A DNA stretch of 64,000 nucleotides, taken from NCBI GenBank assembly GCA_937893155.1, contig CALBGU010000081.1, positions 9,633 through 73,632 on the forward strand, read 5' to 3'. Below, piece after piece: positions 45,179 to 53,977 of the stretch (positions are counted from its first letter, which is position 1; every line of letters starts with the position of its first letter). The DNA comes from an uncultured Treponema sp. Lineage in GTDB: Bacteria; Spirochaetota; Spirochaetia; Treponematales; Treponemataceae. The notes under the pieces were generated by a model. That model made no database searches. It saw only the letters and a list, made by a program, of their open reading frames with translations, and was not told the origin of the DNA. Made by a program: the position numbers and the translations under genes.

Positions 45179-46489
45179 ATGAACAAAAAAATAAGAATTG
45201 CGCTCAAAATAGCGATTTTTCTAGTGCTTTTCTATGTGCTAAGTATGTTTGTTGCAGCTGTGCTTCGAGATGACGCGGACGCATATTCAAGAATCTTAAT
45301 GCACGAATTATACAACCAAACGGACGGCATAGACATTCTTTATTGCGGTGCAAGCCACGTTTCTCACGGAATTGTAGCAGACATTGCCGACGAAATGACG
45401 GGGAAGCGCAATTTTTCTTCTGGAACAGCGGCACAAAGCATTGACGGAACGTATGCCGTCTTAAAGCAGGCAACAAAACTTTATAACATCGAAAGAGTGT
45501 TTTTGGAGCTTGATTTTGCAGTCGCAACACAAAAGGCAAAGAAAGAGCGAACAGGATTTTCTTCAGATTATCTTGTTGCGCTTTATTTGAAAGACCCTCT
45601 CATCAAAGCAGAGTTTTTAGCAAATATTTCAGAGCCAAAATACTACATAAATCACCTTTTGCCGATTGGCAAAGACAAACACTTAACGCTTCGCCCTCAA
45701 GACCTTATAAGAAAAGTAGGCGGCATTATAAACGGAGATTATTTCCGCTATAACTATTTAAGCGATGATTCTGAGTATGCAGGGCGCGGTTGTGTTATGG
45801 ATTGGGACAAAATCGCGAACGGCTCATTCGTAAATGACCGCGATGAAGGCAGAATTAGGGTTGAAGCAATTAGCGAAGACTGGAAAAATACGATTGATAA
45901 AATCATTGCGCTATGTAAAGAGAAAAACATTGCATTAACGATGTATTCAATGCCTTGTTCCGACTATTATCTGAACGAAAAAGGAAATTACGACGAATAT
46001 TATTCTTTTATAAAAAAGTTTTGTGCAGAGCGCGGTTTTGAATACTATGATTTCAATCTTGCAAAAGAAACGTTTTTTTATCCAGAAGATGAAGATTTTT
46101 CCGATGATAATCACTTCAATAAGCAAGGCGTTTTAAAGTGGACGCGGGCATTTTGGACGTTTTTCGCCTCTGAAAATGCCAAAGAAGATTTTTTCTATAA
46201 TTCATACGCGGAAAAAATGGCAGCACTTGGCGACAAAGTTTTTGGGATTGTGGCAAAAACAAGCGAAGACAAAAAAAGTATTTCTATAACGCCTATAACG
46301 AACATTTCTGACAAAAACAGAATAAATTACAGAGTATACACAATTATCAGTGGCAAAGAAGCCGTATTGTACACGGGGGGGGGGTACAGTATATCATTAC
46401 CTCCAAATTCTTCGGGGAAACTTCGCATTTTGGCGTTTGTTGACGGTAAGCAAACTAACGAAACATCTTTGCATTTTACTTCACTTTAA
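45179..46489 (+). CDS. Membrane-anchored SGNH-type acyltransferase/esterase (DltD/AlgJ/PatB-like), paralogue 1
   Basis: N-terminal TM; GASH (block I Ser) and FSDDNHFN (DxxH); G10 at 46375-46384. Confidence 0.8.
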   Translation: MNKKIRIALKIAIFLVLFYVLSMFVAAVLRDDADAYSRILMHELYNQTDGIDILYCGASHVSHGIVADIADEMTGKRNFSSGTAAQSIDGTYAVLKQATKLYNIERVFLELDFAVATQKAKKERTGFSSDYLVALYLKDPLIKAEFLANISEPKYYINHLLPIGKDKHLTLRPQDLIRKVGGIINGDYFRYNYLSDDSEYAGRGCVMDWDKIANGSFVNDRDEGRIRVEAISEDWKNTIDKIIALCKEKNIALTMYSMPCSDYYLNEKGNYDEYYSFIKKFCAERGFEYYDFNLAKETFFYPEDEDFSDDNHFNKQGVLKWTRAFWTFFASENAKEDFFYNSYAEKMAALGDKVFGIVAKTSEDKKSISITPITNISDKNRINYRVYTIISGKEAVLYTGGGYSISLPPNSSGKLRILAFVDGKQTNETSLHFTSL

Positions 46490-46498
46490 GGATTTTAT

Positions 46499-47809
46499 AT
46501 GAAATCAAAAATTATTTTTGTAAAGTTCATTGTTTTTATCGCAATTTTCTATGTACTTTGCACGTTAGTAGCATTTCTTTTGTGCGATGAAGAAGGTTCG
46601 TATTCAAGAATCTTTATGCACGAAATGTATGAAGCAAAAAGAATTGACACTGTTTTTTTAGGAGCAAGCCACGTTTCTCACGGGGTTTTGCCGAGTTTGC
46701 TCGACGAATTAACAGGCGAAGAGACTTTTTGTCTGGGGAGTGCAGGGCAAAAGATGGAAGCAACGTATGCTTTATTGCAACAGGCTTCAAAAATCCACAC
46801 TATCAAACGTGCATTTCTGGAACTTGATTTTGCAGAGGCGTGCACGACAGAAATAAAGGACAAAACAGGGTTTAAGGCGGATTATAGCATTGCAAAACAG
46901 CTTCGCGACCCCAAAATAAAGATAGAATATCTACTCAATCTTTCAAGTCCTGCATATTACATCAATTCTTTTTTGCCGATTGGAAAAGACAAACACATGA
47001 CGCTACACCCGTCGGCTTTGCTGTTTCGCTGGAAAAGTTTTTTTAATGGCGATTATTTTAGCTATGTGTATAAAGACGATGATGATGAGTATGGCGCAAA
47101 AGGCTGCTTGATGGATTTGCGGCTTGTTCCAAACGGAAGTTTTGTGAATGACCACGATGAAGGACGCATAAAAACTGAAAATTTTAGCAACGATTGGAAA
47201 AAATACGTTGATAAAATCATTGCGCTGTGCAAAGAGAAAAACATTGCATTGACGATGTATTCAATGCCGTGTTCGGATTATTATTTAGCAGAAAAAGGGA
47301 ATTACGACGAGTATTATTCTCTCGTAAAAGACTTTTGCGCATCTCGCGGATTCGATTATTATGATTTTAACCTTGCAAAAGAGAATTATCTTTCTTTAGA
47401 AGATTCTGATTTTCACGATGACAATCATTTTTCAAAGCAAGGTGTTTACAAATGGACGCGCCTTGTTTCACAATGCTTCTTTACTAATCCCGAAATGCTA
47501 AACGATATGTTTTACAGCTCTTACAATGAAAAGATTTCACATCAAGAACCCAAAATATACGGTCTTGTCATTTACACATCGCCAGACAAGAAAGAAATTG
47601 AGATTGTGCCGATGAAAAACTTTACTTCAACCGAACATATCTCGTATGAAGTGTATGCTTTAGTTGATGGAAAAGAAACATTGATTAAACGGGGGGGGGG
47701 TACTTCAATTCAGCTTCCAGACAAAGTTTCTGGAAAGCTTAGAGTTAGAAGTTTCATTAGGGGCGAAAAACAAACTGAATGTTCAGTTCCTTTTTCGACT
47801 GTGCTTTAA
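46499..47809 (+). CDS. Membrane-anchored SGNH-type acyltransferase/esterase, paralogue 2
   Basis: Same GASH and FHDDNHFS motifs; long shared blocks with paralogue 1 (DKIIALCKEKNIALTMYSMPCSDYYL); G10 at 47691-47700. Confidence 0.8.
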   Translation: MKSKIIFVKFIVFIAIFYVLCTLVAFLLCDEEGSYSRIFMHEMYEAKRIDTVFLGASHVSHGVLPSLLDELTGEETFCLGSAGQKMEATYALLQQASKIHTIKRAFLELDFAEACTTEIKDKTGFKADYSIAKQLRDPKIKIEYLLNLSSPAYYINSFLPIGKDKHMTLHPSALLFRWKSFFNGDYFSYVYKDDDDEYGAKGCLMDLRLVPNGSFVNDHDEGRIKTENFSNDWKKYVDKIIALCKEKNIALTMYSMPCSDYYLAEKGNYDEYYSLVKDFCASRGFDYYDFNLAKENYLSLEDSDFHDDNHFSKQGVYKWTRLVSQCFFTNPEMLNDMFYSSYNEKISHQEPKIYGLVIYTSPDKKEIEIVPMKNFTSTEHISYEVYALVDGKETLIKRGGGTSIQLPDKVSGKLRVRSFIRGEKQTECSVPFSTVL

Positions 47810-47822
47810 TTTGGAGGAAAAA

Positions 47823-49376
47823 ATGCCTTTATTATCAAATACATTTGCTATTTTTTTGCTAGCGACACTTTTTGTCTATTATTCGTGTCCAAAAAAGTTT
47901 CAGTGGATTTGTCTTTTAGCAGCAAACACTGTTTTTTATCTTTATAGCGGCATTGGAAATGTTTTTTTCATTGTTGCAAGCGCATGTATCACTTTTTTTT
48001 CTGCAAAAGTCGTTTCAGATATGAACACTGCACTAAAGAGCAGAAAAAATGAAGTATCAAAAGAAGAATTTAAGATTCTAAAGAAAAAAACGCAACATAA
48101 AAAGCGAATTGTGCTTGTCATTATGCTATTGCTCAATATAGGTGTTCTCTTTTACTTAAAATATTGGAGAGTACTCATTGGCGCAAAAACATTGCTTCTT
48201 CCGCTCGGAATATCCTATTACACACTGCAAGCAATCAGTTATTTTATGGACGTGTATAATGCAAAAATCGAAAAAGAAACAAACTTTGCAAAGTTCTTGC
48301 TTTTCATTTCTTTTTTCCCGCAACTGATAATGGGACCTATCAACCGCTATGGAAATCAAGGCGTGCAGCTAAAATCGGAGCACGCTTTTGACTTTGAAAA
48401 CATAAAGAGAGGTGTAATGCTCATTTTATACGGCGGACTGAAAAAATATCTTATTGCAGATATGCTTTACACTCGAATAGGTTCTATTTTAGACCCGTAT
48501 TATGAAAATCTGCCGGGCTGTGTAATTGCATTCGGCATTTTGATGTATTCTTTCTATCAATACGCAGATTTTTCTGGCGGAATTGATATGTTCTTAGGAA
48601 TTGCGGAACTTTTTGGCATAAAAATGCAACCAAACTTTAAGCAGCCGTATTTTTCAACAAGCATTGCAAACTTTTGGCAGCGATGGCACATCAGTCTTGG
48701 GCAATGGATGAGGGATTATGTGTTTTATCCGTTTGCGCTCACAACTTCAATGCAGAATGTGGGAAAATGGTGCACAAAGCATTTAGGCAAGCATTTTGGG
48801 CGCGTCATTCCTGCGTGTATTGCAAATATTGTCGTGTTTATGCTTGTCGGCGTGTGGCACGGTCCTGAATTGCACTTTTTTGTATGGGGACTTTACAACG
48901 GTCTTTTGATTGCGTTGAGTGATATTCTCAAACCCGCTTTTGAGGCAATAAACACACGATTAAAGATAAATACAAAGTCAAAAGGCTGGAAAGTGTTTCA
49001 GATTGTGCGAACATTCTTCCTTGTAAATATTGGCTGGTATTTTGATAGAATAGTAAACGTAAAGCAGAGCTTTGTTTATTTGAAAAACACATTTATTCAT
49101 TTTGGAAATCCGAAAATACTCGCTTCACAAAGCTATATGCGCGATATTATGGGACGAATATCTAATTTTGAATCACAAATCATTTGTGTTTTCATTGGCT
49201 GTGCAATAATGTTTGTTGTAAGCATTATGAAGGAAAACAAAATCGATGTGTATGCTTCGATTCAAAAGAAAAACATTGCAGTTCGGTGGCTTGCATATTA
49301 TATTCCGCTTATTCTGATTATTTTGTCATTTACGTTCAGTGCAGGAGATGCGGGCTTTATGTACGCTCAATACTAA
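47823..49376 (+). CDS. MBOAT acyltransferase (DltB/AlgI/PatA type)
   Basis: LPLGISYYT, FFPQLIMGPI, YADFSG, NFKQPYFS, FWQRWHISL and GVWHG (catalytic His); C-terminal FMYAQY. Confidence 0.96.
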   Translation: MPLLSNTFAIFLLATLFVYYSCPKKFQWICLLAANTVFYLYSGIGNVFFIVASACITFFSAKVVSDMNTALKSRKNEVSKEEFKILKKKTQHKKRIVLVIMLLLNIGVLFYLKYWRVLIGAKTLLLPLGISYYTLQAISYFMDVYNAKIEKETNFAKFLLFISFFPQLIMGPINRYGNQGVQLKSEHAFDFENIKRGVMLILYGGLKKYLIADMLYTRIGSILDPYYENLPGCVIAFGILMYSFYQYADFSGGIDMFLGIAELFGIKMQPNFKQPYFSTSIANFWQRWHISLGQWMRDYVFYPFALTTSMQNVGKWCTKHLGKHFGRVIPACIANIVVFMLVGVWHGPELHFFVWGLYNGLLIALSDILKPAFEAINTRLKINTKSKGWKVFQIVRTFFLVNIGWYFDRIVNVKQSFVYLKNTFIHFGNPKILASQSYMRDIMGRISNFESQIICVFIGCAIMFVVSIMKENKIDVYASIQKKNIAVRWLAYYIPLILIILSFTFSAGDAGFMYAQY

Positions 49377-49390
49377 AAACATCTTACAAC

Positions 49391-49425
49391 AAAAAAAGGC
49401 TAGAAGTAAGTTTTTCTAGCCTTTT
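49391..49425. terminator. Bidirectional terminator between MBOAT and ACP
   Basis: AAAAAGGCTAGAA ... TTCTAGCCTTTTT. Confidence 0.88.
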
Positions 49426-49445
49426 TATTTCTGATTTCAAAAAAA

Positions 49446-49667
49446 TTACTGTAACCGTTCAATCATTGCCCACAGGCTTTCTGCGCTGTTGAAATTTTCA
49501 GGAACAATGTCCGCAGGAGTAATATCGATGTCAAAAGTATCTTTGAGCGTCGTAATCAGCTGTACGATGTCGAAAGAATCCAAAATAGCATTGTCAATCA
49601 ATCCCTTTTCAGAAGAAAAATCAACATCAGGCTTCAAATCTGCAAGAATTTTAAGTAATTCGTCCAT
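49446..49667 (-). CDS. Acyl/aminoacyl carrier protein (DltC-like)
   Basis: 73 aa, acidic; LDSFDIV phosphopantetheine site; ENFNS motif; GAGG RBS. Confidence 0.95.
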   Translation of the reverse strand: MDELLKILADLKPDVDFSSEKGLIDNAILDSFDIVQLITTLKDTFDIDITPADIVPENFNSAESLWAMIERLQ

Positions 49668-49688
49668 AAAAATAACCTCTCTGAAAAA

Positions 49689-50852
49689 TTATGAGTTAAG
49701 TATATATGTTTCTATCCTATTTCGTAGAACAGAAATCGTTCCATTATCATTTAATAGCACGGCAGGAAGAGGGTGGCTCAAAAACAAATAAATTCCTTCT
49801 GTAATTGAGTATGCACCAATATCTTGAAAAATAAGAACGTCATTTATCGCAGGATTAGGCAAAGAGAGCTTTCTCAAAACAATATCCGCAGTTGTGCAAA
49901 GAGAACCTGCAATAGTGTAATCTTGTGCATCGTCATTTTTAGCAGTATCGGATTCCAAAAAGACTCTTGGTGTCTTCATTCCCATCATCTGACCAAAATA
50001 ATTGATATGATTTATTCCGCCGTCAATCAAGCAATAGCAATTTTTATCATCACCCTTTATGTCCATTATTTTTGTAGCGTAAAAAGCAAGAGGAGAGGCA
50101 ACATAGCGACCAAGTTCAATAACATAATTAAACTTTGACTTTTTTATCAACTGCACTAACTCTTCAAGAACCGCAAAATTATCGCTTTCATCGTTGCCCG
50201 AAAAATAATCATACGGCAGCCCCGCACCATATTCAATCTCAAGTTGTAAGCCATATTTTTCTTGTAATCTTGTGCAATATTCTTCAATAAATGCTATCTC
50301 AGAAATGATTGTCTTCATTTTTTTCTGAGTGCCAGCAAAAAAATGTATGCCACGAATGTTTATTGAATCATTTTTCTGCAATTTTTCAATGCAAAGCAAA
50401 ATATCACTTTCGCTCATTCCGAATTGATTTCCACTTGTTAAGCGGAGAATTACATTCTGTGTATGAGTTTTATTTTTTGCAGCTTCAAGTAAATACTCGC
50501 AGTGTGCAGCAGATTCAAGGGTAATGGTGTGTACACCAAGATTATATGCACGCGCCACATCTTCTTTTGTCTTCACAACACCAGAAAAAACGATTTTTGA
50601 AGGATTTAAACCGACTTTTTCACAAATCGAAAGCTCTCCTGCCGAACAAACTTCAAACAAGATGCCTTCATTCTTGAGAATAGCAACAAGAAAGGCATTT
50701 GCTTTTATTGCATAGCAAAGTTTCGCATTTTTAGGAAATCGCTTTTCAATTTCATGAACACGGCTTATCGTTTTTACTTTATCAATCAAGTAAAAAGGCG
50801 TTCCATATTCTTTTGCTATCGCCTTGTAATCAATGTTTTCATTTGCAGACAT
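49689..50852 (-). CDS. Fold-type III PLP-dependent decarboxylase (LysA/BtrK/VinO-like)
   Basis: YGTPFY, YAIKAN (PLP Lys), HFFAGTQ, ELGRY, GSLCTTAD and GAYS motifs. Confidence 0.92.
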   Translation of the reverse strand: MSANENIDYKAIAKEYGTPFYLIDKVKTISRVHEIEKRFPKNAKLCYAIKANAFLVAILKNEGILFEVCSAGELSICEKVGLNPSKIVFSGVVKTKEDVARAYNLGVHTITLESAAHCEYLLEAAKNKTHTQNVILRLTSGNQFGMSESDILLCIEKLQKNDSINIRGIHFFAGTQKKMKTIISEIAFIEEYCTRLQEKYGLQLEIEYGAGLPYDYFSGNDESDNFAVLEELVQLIKKSKFNYVIELGRYVASPLAFYATKIMDIKGDDKNCYCLIDGGINHINYFGQMMGMKTPRVFLESDTAKNDDAQDYTIAGSLCTTADIVLRKLSLPNPAINDVLIFQDIGAYSITEGIYLFLSHPLPAVLLNDNGTISVLRNRIETYILNS

Positions 50853-52347
50853 TCAATTTCTCCAAAAGCGCGCGTTTATCTATTTTTCCATTCTTTGTAA
50901 GAGGAAATTCATTGATATAAATAAAATCAGAAGGTATCATATAAGTTGGAAGAGAAATTTTTAAAAGCGAAACAATTTCCTTTTTCTCAGTTTCTTCTCC
51001 AACATAAAATGCAGTGATTTTATTGTCCGCAAAGACACAACAAGCGCGAGAAATTTTTTCATGTTTCGCAATCGCATTTTCAATTTCTCCAAGCTCAATT
51101 CTGTGTCCCATGTGTTTTATTTGCGTGTCTTTGCGCCCAATATAATAAAACAAGCCATCAGAGCCGATTAAAGCAAGGTCGCCAGTCTTATAAATTCGCT
51201 CAAAAGAAGTATTGTTTAGAGGATTTTGCACAAAAACTTCTGCTGTTTTTTCGCTATTGAAATAGCCAAGTGCAACACAAGTACCGCTCACACAGACCTC
51301 GCCTTCAGAATTACTCTCGGAAACAAGTTTTCCATTTTCATCTAAAAGAAAAACTCTTTCATTAGGAAACGGTTTCCCCATCGGAATTCCATTTGCAAAT
51401 TGCTCTAAATCAGCATCTTTTGGAATACGGAAATATGTACAATTACAAGTAATTTCTGTTGGTCCGTAAAGATTGATATACTCCGCATTTGGAATATGCT
51501 TTTTCCAAATAGCAAGCTGCTTTATTGGCATAACTTCACCAGAAAACATTACTTTTCGTATTTTAGTCGGGACTTTATAATCAAATCCATTGAGAGTTGA
51601 AACAATGCAAAGTGCTGAAACTGCCCAAATCAAAACGGTAATTTCTCTTTCTTCCAAAAAATCTAGCAATTTTGTTGGAAATGAGAAAAACATTTTAGGC
51701 ACTAAATGAACTGTTGCACCTGTGAAAACAGCAGAAAATATATCTTTTACAGAAACATCAAAATCAAACGGTGCTTGATTTGCAATATTGTCATTTTCGT
51801 TTATATCAAACAGCTCTGTAAAGCATGAAATAAAATCAATTACAGACCGATGAGAAACAACAACCGCCTTTGGAGTCCCTGTTGAACCAGATGTAAAGTT
51901 AGCATAAACAGCATCTGTATCTATGCTATTTTTTCTGCGCTCTTGAGAAAAATCACCTTTTTCTTCATCAAGTTTTTTATAAAATAATGGTTCAACATTG
52001 ATATTCAAAAGTTTTTTCTCATATTTGCTATCAGCAATTATGTAGCGTGCTTTTAATGTGTCAACCATAGAATTTAACCGTGAATCAGGGAATGTTGCAT
52101 CAAAATATGAATAAAAACAACCTGCATAAAGAGCCGCAAAAAAGTATTCTACCGTTTTTACACTTTTCTCTATCATTATAGGGACAGCACTACCAGCAGA
52201 AAAATACTTAGAAATGATTACACTTTTTTCTTTTGCGCTATTAACCAGTTCTTGCCAAGTTATACGATTTGTCGTATCTGCAAATGCAATTTTTTGGGGA
52301 TATTTATTTGCAGTTGCTTCCAAATAATCCAAAACAGTATATTTCAT
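50839..52347 (-). CDS. Stand-alone amino-acid adenylation enzyme (DltA-like)
   Basis: FTSGSTGTPK, FDFDVS, NLYGPTE, YKTGDL, GRKDTQIKHMGHRIELGEIE and PLTKNGKIDK motifs. Confidence 0.95.
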   Translation of the reverse strand: MKYTVLDYLEATANKYPQKIAFADTTNRITWQELVNSAKEKSVIISKYFSAGSAVPIMIEKSVKTVEYFFAALYAGCFYSYFDATFPDSRLNSMVDTLKARYIIADSKYEKKLLNINVEPLFYKKLDEEKGDFSQERRKNSIDTDAVYANFTSGSTGTPKAVVVSHRSVIDFISCFTELFDINENDNIANQAPFDFDVSVKDIFSAVFTGATVHLVPKMFFSFPTKLLDFLEEREITVLIWAVSALCIVSTLNGFDYKVPTKIRKVMFSGEVMPIKQLAIWKKHIPNAEYINLYGPTEITCNCTYFRIPKDADLEQFANGIPMGKPFPNERVFLLDENGKLVSESNSEGEVCVSGTCVALGYFNSEKTAEVFVQNPLNNTSFERIYKTGDLALIGSDGLFYYIGRKDTQIKHMGHRIELGEIENAIAKHEKISRACCVFADNKITAFYVGEETEKKEIVSLLKISLPTYMIPSDFIYINEFPLTKNGKIDKRALLEKLNVCK

Positions 52348-52354
52348 AGTTATC

Positions 52355-52383
52355 ATTCTAGTATTTATGTAAAATAAAGTCTA
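52355..52383 (-). promoter_or_regulatory. Promoter of the adenylation-enzyme operon, probably leaderless
   Basis: TAGACT-17-TAGAAT ending 7 nt before ATG 52347. Confidence 0.6.
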
Positions 52384-52603
52384 TTTGCAATACGAAGTAA
52401 ATTTATTATTTTGTAATAATTTTACTTCACATTTGTCATATAGCTGTAACTTTTTTCGTCCGCAAACGCAATTTTATCGGGAAACCGTTTCGCTGTCGTT
52501 TCAAGATAGTCTGTAACAAGTCGTATCATAATAACAGCATTTTAATATTTTTATAGTATCTTTTCAACACTTTCTTACAAAATATTACCCAAACTCGCCG
52601 AAT

Positions 52604-52635
52604 AAAAACGGCAGGAAGAACACAATTCCTGCCGT
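52604..52635 (-). terminator. Terminator downstream of flavodoxin
   Basis: ACGGCAGGAA/TTCCTGCCGT stem followed by a U-run on the minus strand. Confidence 0.85.
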
Positions 52636-52743
52636 ATGAGGTAGACTTATCGGAGCTTGAATGACATCAAACTCCCCCTTAAGCCAAAGGGACACACTCT
52701 TTACCATTTACTACAAGGAGGCTCGCGAGACCCCAAAATTACG

Positions 52744-53157
52744 TTATGCGCTCACCTCCTTTCCCAAAGATTTACAGGCTTCTATATCCGCCGCTTCAGG
52801 AGCGGTATGAGCTTTTACACTTTCTCCAAACAAAGAAGCACCTGCAGCTTTTACGCGCTCTTCCCACGTTACCAGCCACTGACCATCGCCCCAATCATAC
52901 GAACCAAAAAGAGCGACCGTCTTTCCGCTCAAAGAACCTTCGATACCGCTGAAAAAAGTTTCCATAGAATCCTCAAGTTCTTCGCTTCCCATTGCAGGAC
53001 TGCCGAGCACAATCACATCTGCCGCCAAAACGGTCGCAGCATCAGCTTCGTCCGCTCTGTACAACTGAGCACTCGCGCCCGCGCCCTCCAAAATCGCATT
53101 TGCCATTGCCTCGGTATTTCCCGTTGTGCTTGCATACACAATAGCAACATTCTTCAT
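52744..53157 (-). CDS. Short-chain flavodoxin
   Basis: YASTTGNTEAMA, GSPAMG and FGSYDWGDG motifs. Confidence 0.97.
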   Translation of the reverse strand: MKNVAIVYASTTGNTEAMANAILEGAGASAQLYRADEADAATVLAADVIVLGSPAMGSEELEDSMETFFSGIEGSLSGKTVALFGSYDWGDGQWLVTWEERVKAAGASLFGESVKAHTAPEAADIEACKSLGKEVSA

Positions 53158-53184
53158 AATATCCTCCGAAATATTTTTTCGTGC

Positions 53185-53754
53185 TCACGCACTCAATAAC
53201 TCACACGCCTCTGAAAACGACACCCCAAGACACGCCAATGATTCTGACTTCAAAAAACACTTTTTATATTCATCAAACATCTTTATCGCGCCTTTTTCGT
53301 CGCTATACACTTTCCAATAACCAGAATATTTTGCGCCCTGCCCTCCGTTTTCCACAAAACCTTTCACATCTTCAAGCGGATAGCCCAAAAACACACCGAT
53401 TTCGTGCGGAAACACACTGCAATTACAACCAAGCCGCGAAAAAAGCAACCCTAGTTTTTCTTCCGCAGTCATATCCGTTTTATAGCCAAAAAGCAAAAGC
53501 CAATCGCATACATCTTTTCTTAAAAGAATACTAAAAAGCAAATCTTTTCTATAAACATACACCAAGACCTTCTCAGAGCAACGGCACACCGTCACAAAAC
53601 TCACCCCATTGCCCCTTTGCGATTCAGAAAGACACGCTATCTCATTTTGCGCATTCGGAAAATCTTTTTTCGACACCGCAACAAGACTTGCAGGTTTTAT
53701 CCCCGCCAAAACAGGCGCACATCTCCAAATCAAAAGACTTTCCAAACTCATCAC
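53185..53754 (-). CDS. DUF3793-family protein
   Basis: CAPVLAGIKPASL, FPHEIGVFLGYPLEDVKGF and GYWKVY motifs; lies next to flavodoxin. Confidence 0.9.
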   Translation of the reverse strand: MMSLESLLIWRCAPVLAGIKPASLVAVSKKDFPNAQNEIACLSESQRGNGVSFVTVCRCSEKVLVYVYRKDLLFSILLRKDVCDWLLLFGYKTDMTAEEKLGLLFSRLGCNCSVFPHEIGVFLGYPLEDVKGFVENGGQGAKYSGYWKVYSDEKGAIKMFDEYKKCFLKSESLACLGVSFSEACELLSA

Positions 53755-53775
53755 GCATCTCCGTTTTGTTTTTCA

Positions 53776-53791
53776 GTTAGCTTAGTCTAAC
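53776..53791. promoter_or_regulatory. Candidate DtxR/IdeR-type metal repressor box
   Basis: GTTAG-CTTAGT-CTAAC palindrome about 20 nt upstream of the DUF3793-flavodoxin operon. Confidence 0.6.
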
Positions 53792-53977
53792 ATTTTTATT
53801 TTCTGCACGCAACCCCCTTTTTTATTTCTAGTTGATTTATTTTTCTCAAAAAACATTGCGATTATCAAAAATAGTCAAAAATATCCCCTCAAAAATAGTT
53901 GTACTAATGATGTCTTTTTGTTAAAATCGCTTTAACAATATTAAAAGAGCTTTAGTCTCTTGAAACAGGAGTATCGT

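Noticed and set aside
49689..50852. Housekeeping lysA call
   Set aside because: It is wedged between an adenylation enzyme and an ACP with overlapping genes and has divergent motifs (HFFAGTQ, ELGRY, CTTAD). A carrier-dependent role fits better, so no symbol was assigned.
45179..52347. Canonical dltABCD call
   Set aside because: The gene order differs, there is an extra decarboxylase and two SGNH genes, the adenylation pocket is not DltA-like, and the host is probably a diderm.
52715..52952. AAGGAGG as RBS for the plus-strand ORF at 52746
   Set aside because: It is about 24 nt from the ATG and the ORF is antisense to flavodoxin. It reads better as an anti-SD on the minus strand.
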